A stretch of 64,000 nt of DNA. Source: Alphaproteobacteria bacterium. Its GTDB lineage: Bacteria; Pseudomonadota; Alphaproteobacteria; UBA7887. Positions 19,538-29,994 of this stretch are shown piece after piece. Made by a program: the position numbers and the translations under genes. Numbering within the stretch: position 1 is the first letter of the stretch; every line of letters starts with the position of its first letter. The notes beneath the pieces were generated by a model. That model searched no databases. It worked only from the letters and a program-made list of their open reading frames with translations, and was not told the origin of the DNA. The stretch spans positions 3,520,001 to 3,584,000 of the forward strand of contig CBDCGL010000011.1 of NCBI GenBank assembly GCA_965216755.1, written 5' to 3'.

Positions 19538-20377
19538 TTAGAGCCGCTGTGTGGCCGCGTATTTCCAGTAAAGTTCGCGGGCGCGCGTGTAGAGCGGGCC
19601 GGGTTGCAAATCGCGATCTTCGACCCGCGTCACCGGCATGACCTTGCCCAGATTTCCAGTGCTGAACACTTCATCCGCACGCAACACATCGTCGACCGAC
19701 ATGGTCACTTCACGCACCGGCACGCCGTCGGCGCGCAACAAATCCATCACTCTGTGTTTGGTGATGCCGTCTAGAAACGTACCGTTGGGCGCCGGCGTCA
19801 GCGCTTCGCCGTCGCGCGCGATCCACAGGTTCGAACTGGCGAACTCGACCACATTGTCGGCGCCGTCACGCATGATGGCGTTGTCGTAGCCGCGCGCCGC
19901 CGCGGCGCGAATGGCATGACCGCTGGTGGCATACAGGCTTGACGCCTTGGCCGCGGTCGGCGCCATGTCCGGCGTCGGTCGACGATAGGCGCTCACCATT
20001 ACCGAAAGCCCGGTTGGTGCGGGCATTGGGCATTCGAAAATGGCGAGCACGAACCGGGCCACGCCTTCGGGCAACAGGAAGCCGTCTTCCGCATACAGAG
20101 CCGGGCGAATATAAAGCGGTGTGCCGGCGGGAAAACGGCGCACGCCATCTCGGGCCAAGGCTTCGACTTCGGCCGCCGTGATCGGCGTCGACAACACCAT
20201 CACTTCGGCCGAGTGCAGCAAACGTTGGCAATGCCGGTCGAGATCAGGGACCAAGCCGTCGAAGGCGCGGGCGCCATCGAACACAGTCGTCCCATGCATG
20301 AACGACTGGGTCATCGGGCCCATAATCGGGGGACTGCCGTTGTGCCAGCTGCCGTCGAAATATGTGACGACTTTCAT
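19538..20377 (-). CDS. branched-chain amino acid aminotransferase (class IV)
   Basis: VFDGARAF, LYIRP, AKASSLY, GTFLDGITK; alternative start 20413. Confidence 0.88.
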   Translation of the reverse strand: MKVVTYFDGSWHNGSPPIMGPMTQSFMHGTTVFDGARAFDGLVPDLDRHCQRLLHSAEVMVLSTPITAAEVEALARDGVRRFPAGTPLYIRPALYAEDGFLLPEGVARFVLAIFECPMPAPTGLSVMVSAYRRPTPDMAPTAAKASSLYATSGHAIRAAAARGYDNAIMRDGADNVVEFASSNLWIARDGEALTPAPNGTFLDGITKHRVMDLLRADGVPVREVTMSVDDVLRADEVFSTGNLGKVMPVTRVEDRDLQPGPLYTRARELYWKYAATQRL

Positions 20378-20517
20378 GGAGGCGCCTTGCGGGCGGGAAT
20401 GTGGATCGCTCATGGACGCGGACCGATCGACTCTAGGATTTTGATTGATGGCGCATGCAGCATAAGCGAGGCGCGCACCACCGAAAACAGATGTCGCGTC
20501 GGCGACAGCGGAAATCA

Positions 20518-21609
20518 ATGGCACAAACTGGCCGTCCTGTCGTGACCCGCCTCGCCGACTTCGCGGTTTACGGGTTGCGCTGTCTTCCGCCAGAGGTTGC
20601 CCATCGCTTGGCGGTCCGTGCATTGCGCCATGGCTGGGGACCGCGCGCGGATGATGACGACCCGGCGTTGGCAGTCAATTTGTGGGGTTTGCGGTTTCCC
20701 AATCCGATCGGGATGGCCGCCGGATTCGACAAGAATGCGGAAGCCGCCGACGGGCTGTTGCGGGCGGGATTCGGTTTTGTCGAGGTCGGGACGGTGACGC
20801 CGCGGCCGCAAACTGGCAATCCGCGGCCGCGCTTGTTCCGATTGCCGGCGGATCAAGCTTTGATCAACCGGCTCGGGTTCAACAATGACGGGGCTGAAGC
20901 CGTGGCGGCGCGTTTGGCGCGGCGGCCGCGCCAAGGCGTTTTGGGCGTCAACATCGGCGCCAACCGCGATAGCGCGGACCGCGCCGCCGACTACGCCACC
21001 GGGTTTACCGCTTTGGCCCGGTTCGCCGATTATGTGGTGATCAACGTATCGTCGCCGAACACACCCGGCTTGCGTGGTCTGCAAGCCAAGGACCAACTGG
21101 AGACATTAATCTCGGCGCTGCTGGCGATGCGTGGCGACCGCCAGCCGCTGTTGGTCAAGATTGCGCCGGATCTGGACGATCAGGCGCGCGCCGATATCGC
21201 CGCTGTCGCGCTGGACCATCACATTGACGGCCTGATCATTGCCAATACCACAGCCGCCCGGCCGCCGGGCCTGCGCAGCAGCGCCCGCGACCAGGACGGC
21301 GGTCTCAGCGGCCGGCCGTTGTTGGCGCCTTCGACGGCGCTGCTGGCTGACATGCGTCGTCGTACGGGCGGCCAAATTCCGTTGATTGGCGTCGGCGGCA
21401 TTGCCAGTGCAGCCGATGCCTACGCCAAGATTCGCGCCGGCGCATCTTTGGTTCAACTGTACACGGCCCTCATTTATCAAGGTCTTGGATTGGTTGCGGC
21501 CATCAAACGCGGGCTTGCGACGCGGCTACGGGCGGACGGCTTCGGGACCATTGGCGCCGCAGTCGGCGCCGATGTGCCGCTGCCGCAAGATCATCGCGCG
21601 GGTCATTAA
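20518..21609 (+). CDS. pyrD: quinone-dependent dihydroorotate dehydrogenase
   Basis: AAGFDKN, INRLGFNN, NVSSPNTPGLR, VKIAPD, GGLSG. Confidence 0.95.
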   Translation: MAQTGRPVVTRLADFAVYGLRCLPPEVAHRLAVRALRHGWGPRADDDDPALAVNLWGLRFPNPIGMAAGFDKNAEAADGLLRAGFGFVEVGTVTPRPQTGNPRPRLFRLPADQALINRLGFNNDGAEAVAARLARRPRQGVLGVNIGANRDSADRAADYATGFTALARFADYVVINVSSPNTPGLRGLQAKDQLETLISALLAMRGDRQPLLVKIAPDLDDQARADIAAVALDHHIDGLIIANTTAARPPGLRSSARDQDGGLSGRPLLAPSTALLADMRRRTGGQIPLIGVGGIASAADAYAKIRAGASLVQLYTALIYQGLGLVAAIKRGLATRLRADGFGTIGAAVGADVPLPQDHRAGH

Positions 21610-21624
21610 CGGTCTTTCAAGACG

Positions 21625-23049
21625 TTGATTCCACTCTGTCTTTCATCGCCGGATGTGCGCTCTGGCGTGACCGTGAGTCCGTTTCGCTTTTTTGACACCC
21701 ATTATGTCATCGTGATCCAAAGCCTCATCATTGCCGGTGCTCTCGCCCTAGGCGCGGCCGCGGCCAGCGTGTCGATCTTTGTCGTGCCTGCCACGAGCAT
21801 TGCGCCACTGGCTTTCGGTATCAGCGTGACGCTCGCCGGCGCCTTGATCGCCCAATCGCTTGGCCATCGGTACCGGGCCCGCCATATGGCTGCCCGCCTG
21901 AATCACTTGGGCGTCGAAGTCAAGAAAACCACGACCAAGCTTAGCGCGTTGCGCAGTGCGTTTGACGAGTTGATGGCGGACTATGAAGCAGCGCGCAGCC
22001 GTGAAACGGAGCATGCCAGCGAACTGCGCGAACTCGGGCGATTGGTTGGTCAGATGGCGCAAGCCGGTCAACCCCGCGCCGGCGCGGTCAAGGCGCAACA
22101 GGCTGGCGCTCTGCCGGCGCGGGCGACCCCTTACGGTCCGCGCTCTGGTCTTCGCGCAGGATCACAAAGCATGGCGAACGAGACAACGACGGTCGCAGCG
22201 CCACAGGCGCCGCCACTGTTGCCGGGCGCCACGGTCGGTATTTTGTCGCTGCCATCGGCGCCGCAACCCGTGATCGAATTGCCGCCCGCCGAACGTCTGT
22301 CCGAGCCGGTACCCGAAGACGCCGATCAAGTCGAGCGCATTCGTGAAGCTCTGTTGCGCCATCGCATCGATCTTTTCGTCCAGCCGGTCGTGCGTCTGCC
22401 CAATCGCCGGGTCGCGTTTTACGAGGCCTATTCGCGGTTGCGCGCGCGTGACGGGTCGCCGATTCTGCCCGAGGCGTTCATCGATCTGGCCGAAACCACA
22501 GGACTGATTACCGATATCGACAATATGCTGCTGTTCCAATGCGTGGAACAAATCCGCCGTGATGTGGAACAGGGTGTCGACGGCTGTTACTGCTGCAACA
22601 TTTCCGCGCGGACCTTGGCCGACAACGCCTTCTTCCCGCAATTCGTCGCGTACCTCTTGGCCAATGAATCGCTATCGGAGGCGTTGCTGTTCGAACTGCC
22701 CGAGCATGACTTGGGGCGATTGTCCGAGCGGGCGGCCCATCAGTTGCGCCGTTTGACCGCGGCACGCTATGGCTTTGTGCTCGATCATGTGACCGCACCA
22801 AAGTTGGATCCGGAAGCTTTGGCCGGCGCGCGTTTCTGTTATGTCAAAGTCGACGCGGCGCTGCTGCTACCGGAAATTGGGGCCGAACCGGCGGTCGATG
22901 TCCGCTATCTCAAGGAAGAACTGGACATCCGCGGCATCGGGCTGATTGTCGAAAAAATCGAAAGCGAGCAAATGCTGCTCGATCTGCTCGATTTCGACAT
23001 TGACTATGGCCAGGGCTATCTGTTTGGTGAGCCGCGCCGCAGCCGCTAA
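21625..23049 (+). CDS. membrane-anchored degenerate EAL protein (TipF-like); start may be GTG 21712
   Basis: Two TM helices, coiled coil, QPVV...FYEAYSRL, CNIS, EKIE, GQGYLFGEP. Confidence 0.75.
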   Translation: MIPLCLSSPDVRSGVTVSPFRFFDTHYVIVIQSLIIAGALALGAAAASVSIFVVPATSIAPLAFGISVTLAGALIAQSLGHRYRARHMAARLNHLGVEVKKTTTKLSALRSAFDELMADYEAARSRETEHASELRELGRLVGQMAQAGQPRAGAVKAQQAGALPARATPYGPRSGLRAGSQSMANETTTVAAPQAPPLLPGATVGILSLPSAPQPVIELPPAERLSEPVPEDADQVERIREALLRHRIDLFVQPVVRLPNRRVAFYEAYSRLRARDGSPILPEAFIDLAETTGLITDIDNMLLFQCVEQIRRDVEQGVDGCYCCNISARTLADNAFFPQFVAYLLANESLSEALLFELPEHDLGRLSERAAHQLRRLTAARYGFVLDHVTAPKLDPEALAGARFCYVKVDAALLLPEIGAEPAVDVRYLKEELDIRGIGLIVEKIESEQMLLDLLDFDIDYGQGYLFGEPRRSR

Positions 23050-23067
23050 CACCTCTCGTTCCTAGCC

Positions 23068-23982
23068 ATGAATACGCCGATGAATGCGACAGTTGCCGCT
23101 TCCATAAGCCTGCATGCCGATGTGGCGTCGTTTGCCGATCGTTATGATGGTTTCATCGTTGATATCTGGGGCGTGGTGATGGACGGCCAACAGCCTTATC
23201 CGCGCGCCCGCGACTGTCTGCGTGCATTGCGCGCGATAGACAAGCAGGTGGTGCTGTTGTCGAACGCCCCGCGCCGATCGGCGAAAGTGGCGGCGCGGCT
23301 GCGGTCGATCGGCGTCGGTGATGACTGCTATGACCACATAATTTCGTCGGGTGAGGCAACCCGCGCGGCCATCGCTACCGGTTCGGTGGTGGGTCTCGGG
23401 TCGCGCTTTGTGTTTCTCGGCCTGGATGACGATGGAGACTTGCTCGACGGCCTGGATTATCAGCGGGTCGATACACCTGCGGCCGCCGATTTTTTGCTGT
23501 TGACTGGGCCCAACGCCGACCACGACCGCGACGGCGATCTGGGGCACTATCAGCCCTTGTTAGACGAAACCTTGACGGCTGGTTTGCCCCTGGTGTGCGC
23601 CAACCCGGATCATATCGTGGTGCGGCGCACCGGCGCGCGAATCATGTGCGCCGGCGCCATCGCCGCCCGTTACGAAGAGATGGGTGGTCAGGTGCATTGG
23701 TTCGGGAAGCCCCACGCGCCCGTTTACGACGCGTGTTTCCGCACATTTGGCGCGCTTGATCGGTCGCGAATCCTGGCGCTGGGCGACAATCTGGATACCG
23801 ATATCGCCGGCGCCGCCACGGTCGGCGTGGATACGGCCTTGGTACTCGGCGGTGTTCTCGCCGAGAAACTCGGCATTGCGTGGGGCGAAAATGCCCCCGT
23901 CGACGCCATCGCGCCACTTTGCGCCGCGCGCGGCGTCATGCCCACGCACGCGATACCGGCGTTGTTCTGGCACGCCGAATAA
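23068..23982 (+). CDS. HAD hydrolase subfamily IIA (TIGR01459-like)
   Basis: DIWGV, LSNAPR, CANPD, GKPH, GDNLDTDIAG. Confidence 0.9.
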   Translation: MNTPMNATVAASISLHADVASFADRYDGFIVDIWGVVMDGQQPYPRARDCLRALRAIDKQVVLLSNAPRRSAKVAARLRSIGVGDDCYDHIISSGEATRAAIATGSVVGLGSRFVFLGLDDDGDLLDGLDYQRVDTPAAADFLLLTGPNADHDRDGDLGHYQPLLDETLTAGLPLVCANPDHIVVRRTGARIMCAGAIAARYEEMGGQVHWFGKPHAPVYDACFRTFGALDRSRILALGDNLDTDIAGAATVGVDTALVLGGVLAEKLGIAWGENAPVDAIAPLCAARGVMPTHAIPALFWHAE

Positions 23983-24043
23983 ACTTATGAGCCCACGAAT
24001 TATGGGTAAGCTATCGGATGCAGCACGATGCTGGATGCGGGTG

Positions 24044-26557
24044 CTATGACGCGGTCGCGGTACCGCTTTCCGTGACTGCCGGCGCCAGGGCCGAAATCGG
24101 GCCGCGCAGGTGAACATCACGCTGCGGGAATGGGATCTCGATATTGTTGGCACGAAACACCGCGTCGATTGCGCTGTTTAACGCGCTGCGCGTGCGCAAG
24201 CTCATCAGCGCATCGGGAATATAGGCGTGGAGAACAAAGCTCAAAGCGCTATCACCGAATCCCAAGAAAAAGGCGGCCGGTTCGGGTCGCCGCAAGACGG
24301 CGGGCGTGTCGTGCGCGCACGACACAAGTAGTTCTTTAACGCGCGCGATGTCGCTGCCGTAGGCGACGCCGATCGGAATATCGAGCCGCGCCTGGCGGTC
24401 TTTCAGGGTCCAATTCATGACCGTTCCGGAAATCAACTCGGAATTGGGAATGATCACCGAGGCGCGCTGCCAGGTGACAATTTCGGTCGCGCGCACACTG
24501 ATCCGTTTGATCAAGCCTTCTTGATCGCCGACGACCACCCAGTCGCCAACCTTGATCGGTCGCTCGATCAGCAAAATCAAGCCGGAGACGAAGTTGTTGA
24601 CCACATTCTGCAAGCCGAAGCCGATGCCCACCGACAACGCACCTGCGATGATGGCGAAGTTTTCAAAACTGACCCCGAGCGATGATGTTGCGACCAATGC
24701 CGCGACAACAAATCCGAAATATCCGAACCCGGTGCGGATTGCGTTTTGTGCACCCGAATCCAGGCCGGTTTGCGGCAACAGGCGGCGTTCCAACAGACGC
24801 TGTATGATCCGGGTGCCGACAACAAAGGCCAAGAATACCAACCCGGCATAGGCAATCGCGGCCAACGAGATATGCGTTTCACCAATCGTGAAGCCGAATA
24901 GGGCCGTGTCCAACGCCCGCTTTAGATCCTCAGGTGCGACACCCCAAATCACCAGGGCGCCGAGTCCACCGACGACCAGCAGGGTCGTATCGATCGCCGT
25001 GACCAACCAAAACGCTGCCCGTTGTCGTTTTTCCGCACGCGGCAGCAGGGTTGAGCGAACCAGCCGCAGATGATCCGATTGCGACGTCATCAGACCGTGG
25101 GTCATCTCGCGCATCAATTGGTGGACGGTCCACAATGCCATCACCAACGCTGCTGACAAGACCAGGCTGTAAAACAGCCAATTGGCCAATGCCTTGAAAC
25201 CCGCCGCGACAATCAACGGATTACACAACACCAGGGCCACGGCGGCGAAACGCAGGATCCGCCACCAGCCCCAGCCGCCAGCGTCGTCCTCGGCATGTTC
25301 GGCGTCCGTTTTGGGCGCGGAATCCGGCCAGAAACGACGCGCCAACAAAGGCAACAACGCCAACGCCACCACCACGCGCAGAAGGAAATCCGAGATTGTG
25401 GTGATCTCAGCTGGGATCCGCAGTTCGGGCGCCGCATAGTGGAGAAACAGAGCGATACCGAGCAAGACGCCGAACCAACGCAAGCGACGATGAAAGGCAC
25501 GCGCATCGTGATCCGCCAAATTGACAAACAGCCATTGTGCACCGGCGGGCGCGAACACGGCGCGGGCGCCGGCCAGCGCAACGAATACGATGGCGCCGAC
25601 CCCCAGTGCAGTGGCGATAATTCGCAACTCGTGCGGCGTGACAATTTGCATGGCTTTTATGGCCCCAAACACGAACAGTGCGGCCAGCACGGGCATCAAT
25701 CCACGGGCGACCGTGTCGACCAACGCGGCGACAACGCGGCGCAGATAGGAAGGCGTCTCGACGCGTGGGTCCTGTCCGAAATAGCGCGCTAGGGCGCGCC
25801 GCGCCGGCCAGGCCAGAATGATTGCAATCACCAAAGCGCTGAATACTGCCACTGAAATGCGCTCGGTCGGCACGGTCATGCCGATCTCGATGAGTCGCCG
25901 CCCCAATGTCGCCGAAGCGTCCGCGAGCAGTGGCGCCAGCTGGGCAAGTCCGGTGAGCCAGACCCGCGGTAGCAGCAACGACGTGTCGCGGGCGACAAGG
26001 TCCTGTGCGCGGCCGCGCGCGTCCTGCTCAAGTGCGGACCGGCGGATGAGGTCGGCCTTCGCGGTGAGTATGTCGACGCGTTTGACCTGGCTGTCATGAT
26101 ACGCCACCAGTCCCTGGAGTTCATGACGCTGCTCGCTGATGTCCTCTGATTCGCGCGGCTGATCGTCGGCGGGCGGGGCGCCCAACGCCGCCAAGAGAGA
26201 TCGTTGCTGTGTTAAGCGTGCAGCTGCTGCGATGCGCAGCTGCTGCAATTCACTGAGGCGCTTTTGCAGGCGCCGTTTGACACGGCCAAGTGCTGCGGCG
26301 TCGGGGCGGCCGAACTCCAGCAAGGTTGCGATTCTGTCGAGTTCGCTTTCGATCGCCGCAAAGCGCACCGTCACATCATCGCTATCAGACAATGTCGGCT
26401 CGGCTTCAACCGGCGCCGGCACCGTAATCTCGACTTGGGCCGGAGCCTGACTCCAAGCCAGCCGAACGCCGGTTGAGGCAGCCAACTGGGAGACGACAAC
26501 CGCCACGACCAAAACAACAGCATATGACAGGTTTGGCGTTTTCAAGGACATCTCCAT
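24044..26557 (-). CDS. large MscS-family mechanosensitive channel (DUF3772-like N-terminus)
   Basis: GALSVGIGFGLQNVVNNFVSG, IPNSEL, IEIPFPQRDVH; many TMs; start approximate. Confidence 0.9.
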   Translation of the reverse strand: MEMSLKTPNLSYAVVLVVAVVVSQLAASTGVRLAWSQAPAQVEITVPAPVEAEPTLSDSDDVTVRFAAIESELDRIATLLEFGRPDAAALGRVKRRLQKRLSELQQLRIAAAARLTQQRSLLAALGAPPADDQPRESEDISEQRHELQGLVAYHDSQVKRVDILTAKADLIRRSALEQDARGRAQDLVARDTSLLLPRVWLTGLAQLAPLLADASATLGRRLIEIGMTVPTERISVAVFSALVIAIILAWPARRALARYFGQDPRVETPSYLRRVVAALVDTVARGLMPVLAALFVFGAIKAMQIVTPHELRIIATALGVGAIVFVALAGARAVFAPAGAQWLFVNLADHDARAFHRRLRWFGVLLGIALFLHYAAPELRIPAEITTISDFLLRVVVALALLPLLARRFWPDSAPKTDAEHAEDDAGGWGWWRILRFAAVALVLCNPLIVAAGFKALANWLFYSLVLSAALVMALWTVHQLMREMTHGLMTSQSDHLRLVRSTLLPRAEKRQRAAFWLVTAIDTTLLVVGGLGALVIWGVAPEDLKRALDTALFGFTIGETHISLAAIAYAGLVFLAFVVGTRIIQRLLERRLLPQTGLDSGAQNAIRTGFGYFGFVVAALVATSSLGVSFENFAIIAGALSVGIGFGLQNVVNNFVSGLILLIERPIKVGDWVVVGDQEGLIKRISVRATEIVTWQRASVIIPNSELISGTVMNWTLKDRQARLDIPIGVAYGSDIARVKELLVSCAHDTPAVLRRPEPAAFFLGFGDSALSFVLHAYIPDALMSLRTRSALNSAIDAVFRANNIEIPFPQRDVHLRGPISALAPAVTESGTATAS

Positions 26558-27274
26558 CTCGGATTCGTGACCGCCCAGATTCGAACGCGGACAAACGCGA
26601 AGCCGGCCGCGACCAAGACACGCGAGGCGAGCGCGGTGCTGATCGATCTTCATTTCAGGCAAACGGCGCAGTCAACGGCAACGGGCGATCAAACGCAAGG
26701 GTCTGTTGTTGAACATTCTTGGGACAAATCGGGCCATGGCGGCGGTCTTCTGGAGCCGACACGAGGCGTTCACGAAACCATCAGCGGCGCGTAACGCGTT
26801 GCCGACTTTCTTGCGTTGCTAAGAAGTTGAGTCCATCGCCGCGGTCTCGGCGCACGAGTTCGCGGTTTCGCCGGCCGTTCAGGTTCTGAACGGTCGTTCC
26901 AATGCGTTCGAACCACGGCTATTGCGACGCGATGCTGGCACGGTCTTGACGCCGCGTCTCGGCACGTCGGTCACCGACATACTCTGTTGCATCGTTGTTT
27001 TGTGTCACGCGGGCTTGATCGTCGCGGCGCTGGCGCAATTTGGTGATATTGAAACCTTTGACGCGCACCGAGCGTCCGTGGTGTTCGACCGTTGCGACAT
27101 GTTCGCTGTCAAAGAACAGGGCGCTTCGGCCCGTACGCCCGTCGGCCATCGACTATGCGCGACCACCGATCAGCTGCTTGTTTGCCACATGGTGCCCGTT
27201 GGGCCATGGCTGTCGCGTAGGGGGGCAGCCTGCGTCGGGTTGTGATGCCGCAAGAGCCGGCCTATGGTCCGGTG

Positions 27275-28045
27275 ATGTCCAGCACATCCGATATTGAACC
27301 GGGCGCGAACGTGCCGCCGGCCCTGTTTGCGTTTTTCGAGGCGATGCCGCGTCAGGGGCCGGGATCGGCGACAGTGACACGCGCGTTACTCGATCGCTTT
27401 CGCGACCAATTGCCGTCTGAACCGGTCGCGGCCGATATGGGCTGCGGTAACGGCGCCGCCGGGCTGGTGCTGGCCGCGAGCGGCGCCCAGGTCACAGGTA
27501 TCGATATCCATCAGCCCTTTTTGGATCAGTTCGCCGCGGCGGCCGCGGACCGCGGCCTTGGCGACCGGGTGGTGACCCGGCGGGCCAGTATGACCGCAAG
27601 CGGGCTTGACCGGGCCAGCCTCGATCTCGTTTGGTCTGAAGGTGCGGTCTTTACCGTCGGGTTCGACACGGCCTTGGCGGCGTTCGAACCGCTTCTGCGA
27701 TCAGGCGGCCTGGTTGTCGTGTCGGAGTGTGTTTGGTTGCAGGCGCATGTGCCCGATACATTGCGCGCGTTTTGGGACCGCAACTACCCGAACATGCGCA
27801 CTGTCGGCGGCAATATTCGCGCCGCGGAAGGTGCCGGCTATCGATTCCTGCACGCGGAACTTTTACCGGCGGCGGTGTGGGAGGCCGAGTTCTATCAACC
27901 GATGGAACGGCTGATGTCTAAACAAGCGGCCGGCGCGGCACCCGATTTGATCGAACTGTTCCGCGAACAACGCGACGAAATGGACATGTTTCGCCGTTTT
28001 CATCACCTGTTCGGGTATGTGTTCCATCTATTCGTGAAGCCTTGA
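27275..28045 (+). CDS. class I SAM-dependent methyltransferase
   Basis: MPRQGPGS, DMGCGNG, DLVWSEGA, GYVF. Confidence 0.85.
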   Translation: MSSTSDIEPGANVPPALFAFFEAMPRQGPGSATVTRALLDRFRDQLPSEPVAADMGCGNGAAGLVLAASGAQVTGIDIHQPFLDQFAAAAADRGLGDRVVTRRASMTASGLDRASLDLVWSEGAVFTVGFDTALAAFEPLLRSGGLVVVSECVWLQAHVPDTLRAFWDRNYPNMRTVGGNIRAAEGAGYRFLHAELLPAAVWEAEFYQPMERLMSKQAAGAAPDLIELFREQRDEMDMFRRFHHLFGYVFHLFVKP

Positions 28046-28327
28046 CGCGTCGACCGTGCCAAGCCGGCTGTGCAGCCAGAGGCCGGCGGGGAGATGTTCG
28101 AGCCCGTCAATGTCAATACGTGGCCGCCATCCCCGCGATTGCGTAATGCGCGCACACGTCCCCAACCATCCTCCAGTCTCAGACGATAGTGTCGCCTTGC
28201 CCAGAGCACGAGTTGATCACGACAGCGCTCACAAATGTCCGAATCTCCGCGCCCCGGTGACACACGGACGGATGTTGCCGTAGCATACCGTCGGTGTTCT
28301 GTTTTACGTGGGAGGTTAAGAGAAACA

Positions 28328-28669
28328 ATGGCGTTGAAACGTATGGTGCTGGAAATCGGCAGCGGCAATGATCTGCATGGTGGCGACTACACCAAAGCAG
28401 CGGTCCGCGCGGTGCAGGATGCCATTCATCACAGCTCGCTAAGTCTCATTCGTTCGATGAACCTCGACGCGGAGGCCATGCATGTCGACGTAACGGTTGG
28501 CGTACAACGGCCCGACAAAGTCGATACATCTGCGGTTAGAGTGGCCTTGCCCCATGGCCAAGTCACAGTCAAGGCTGTCCAAGGCGGCTTGGACGTGGCC
28601 CATGACGATGGCGCCGACGTTGCGGTCATCGCCAGCGCCGCCATCGTCGTTAGCGTCGCGCTGCCGTAG
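28328..28669 (+). CDS. Lin0512 family protein
   Basis: LEIGSGNDLHGGDYTKAAVRAVQDA, GGL; GGAGG upstream. Confidence 0.85.
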   Translation: MALKRMVLEIGSGNDLHGGDYTKAAVRAVQDAIHHSSLSLIRSMNLDAEAMHVDVTVGVQRPDKVDTSAVRVALPHGQVTVKAVQGGLDVAHDDGADVAVIASAAIVVSVALP

Positions 28670-28674
28670 CGGGA

Positions 28675-28879
28675 CCGACGCCCAGCATGGCGTGATCGAG
28701 CGGCCGCTGTCCCGGCGGTACTGTGGCTGTCACTACCGCCCATTCGCCGTTGAGCCAAGCGAGCAGTGTGTCCCGGTTGAAACGCCAATGGCGCCCGATA
28801 CGCCGCGCTGGCCCAGAAACAAGAAAGCAAAAAGAACCGGAAATGCCTAGCCGGGCCCGCGCGACCGACGAGTCGCCAT
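28675..28879 (-). pseudogene. remnant: signal-peptide-like start plus excisionase-type HTH (HTH_17) fragment
   Basis: ATG 28879: MATRRSRGPG*AFPVLLLSCFWASAA; shifted frame RIGRHWRFNRDTLLAWLNGEW (28802-28740). Confidence 0.6.
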
Positions 28880-28883
28880 CGCG

Positions 28884-29612
28884 CTATCTGAATAAGTCGG
28901 GGAAGCGCACGAACGGGTTGCCCACGTCCAGCAACTCGCGCACCGTCATAATTTCCAGTTGGCCCGCGTCGCTATCCGAAAGTGCCAAGGGCATTTTTTT
29001 GTCCGGCAGCCCCGACTTCGGCTCAACGACGAAGATAATTCCTTTGTCTTCTTCCCGAAGCCAAGATTCCAAGAACACATAAGCCGGCATACGGATATTG
29101 CCCCGCGACGGATCGGCGAGAAAGACGCGGTTATCCTTGACGCCGCGCAAGACCGCGAAATGCTTGTAACCGCGTGGCTCAATGAAGACAATTACGGGGC
29201 CGCGCAATTTCTGCAACGAGTCCGCCGCGATTCGAAAGCCCTGTGCGTTGTAGCCAAGTGCGTGCGCGACCCTCTGCAGGTCAAGCAGAGAAAAGCCTTC
29301 CTTTCGGCTCACCGCTTCCTGTTCTTCCGACAAGACCTCGAAGAGCTGGTTGAGAATATCGCGCTCGGTGATATCCACACCAAAGCCATAGCGCAGGATC
29401 GTGGCCAATGCCGCCGCGCCGCAGGAATAGTCAAAGCGCTGCCGGACCAGGTTGGCGTCACGCAGTTCGGTCATCGACCGAAGCGGCACATTCAGCCGGT
29501 TGCCGCCGCCGATCTCGATATTGGCAGCATAGCCCGGCGCGGCAGCCACTGTTAAGGCCACCGCTAAAGCAAGGCCCAAGGCCGCGCAATGACCGAAACC
29601 ACGATCTGCCAT
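28884..29612 (-). CDS. stand-alone secreted C39 cysteine peptidase (FapD-like)
   Basis: Signal peptide; RQRFDYSCGAAAL, GFSLLDL, YKHFAVL, LADPSRGN (Cys-His-Asp). Confidence 0.9.
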   Translation of the reverse strand: MADRGFGHCAALGLALAVALTVAAAPGYAANIEIGGGNRLNVPLRSMTELRDANLVRQRFDYSCGAAALATILRYGFGVDITERDILNQLFEVLSEEQEAVSRKEGFSLLDLQRVAHALGYNAQGFRIAADSLQKLRGPVIVFIEPRGYKHFAVLRGVKDNRVFLADPSRGNIRMPAYVFLESWLREEDKGIIFVVEPKSGLPDKKMPLALSDSDAGQLEIMTVRELLDVGNPFVRFPDLFR

Positions 29613-29745
29613 GGCTTGTCTCGTATGAATTTCGTGACGCCGTGTGATCGCATGGTCGTGTGCCGCCGTCAATGTTTGTCGTTGAGGCGACCTGGCACAG
29701 ATCTGGCGTCATCGTGGCCCATGCTTATCGCAAGGTGCGTGCAAA

Positions 29746-29769
29746 CCAGGGGAGGCAGCGCGCCCCTGG
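29746..29769 (-). terminator. possible weak terminator or stabilising hairpin
   Basis: CCAGGGG/CCCCTGG stem with only TTT after it on minus strand. Confidence 0.3.
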
Positions 29770-29994
29770 TGAGACTTCGGCGGTTGCGGATCGCTCAATT
29801 TTCACAACAGGTTGGACGTGGGCAGTTGAGTCAAACCCCGCGCAATGCTTTGGGTCACCGAACCGATTTGGCGGCACAGCCGCACTGGGGTGTATTTTGC
29901 CCAAGCGTCAAGGGGATTCACTGGTTCTGTCAGCAACCCCATTCGCTAGAACGAAGACTGCATTGGATCGCCGCAAGGTACGGCCCTTGCGCGA

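Noticed and set aside
27189-27197. TGGTGCCC as an att duplicate of the tRNA-Leu 3' end
   Set aside because: Only 8-9 bp and recurs several times by chance.
26600-27240. Short ORFs between the MscS gene and the methyltransferase
   Set aside because: No recognisable motif in the frames examined; possibly a remnant but unsupported.
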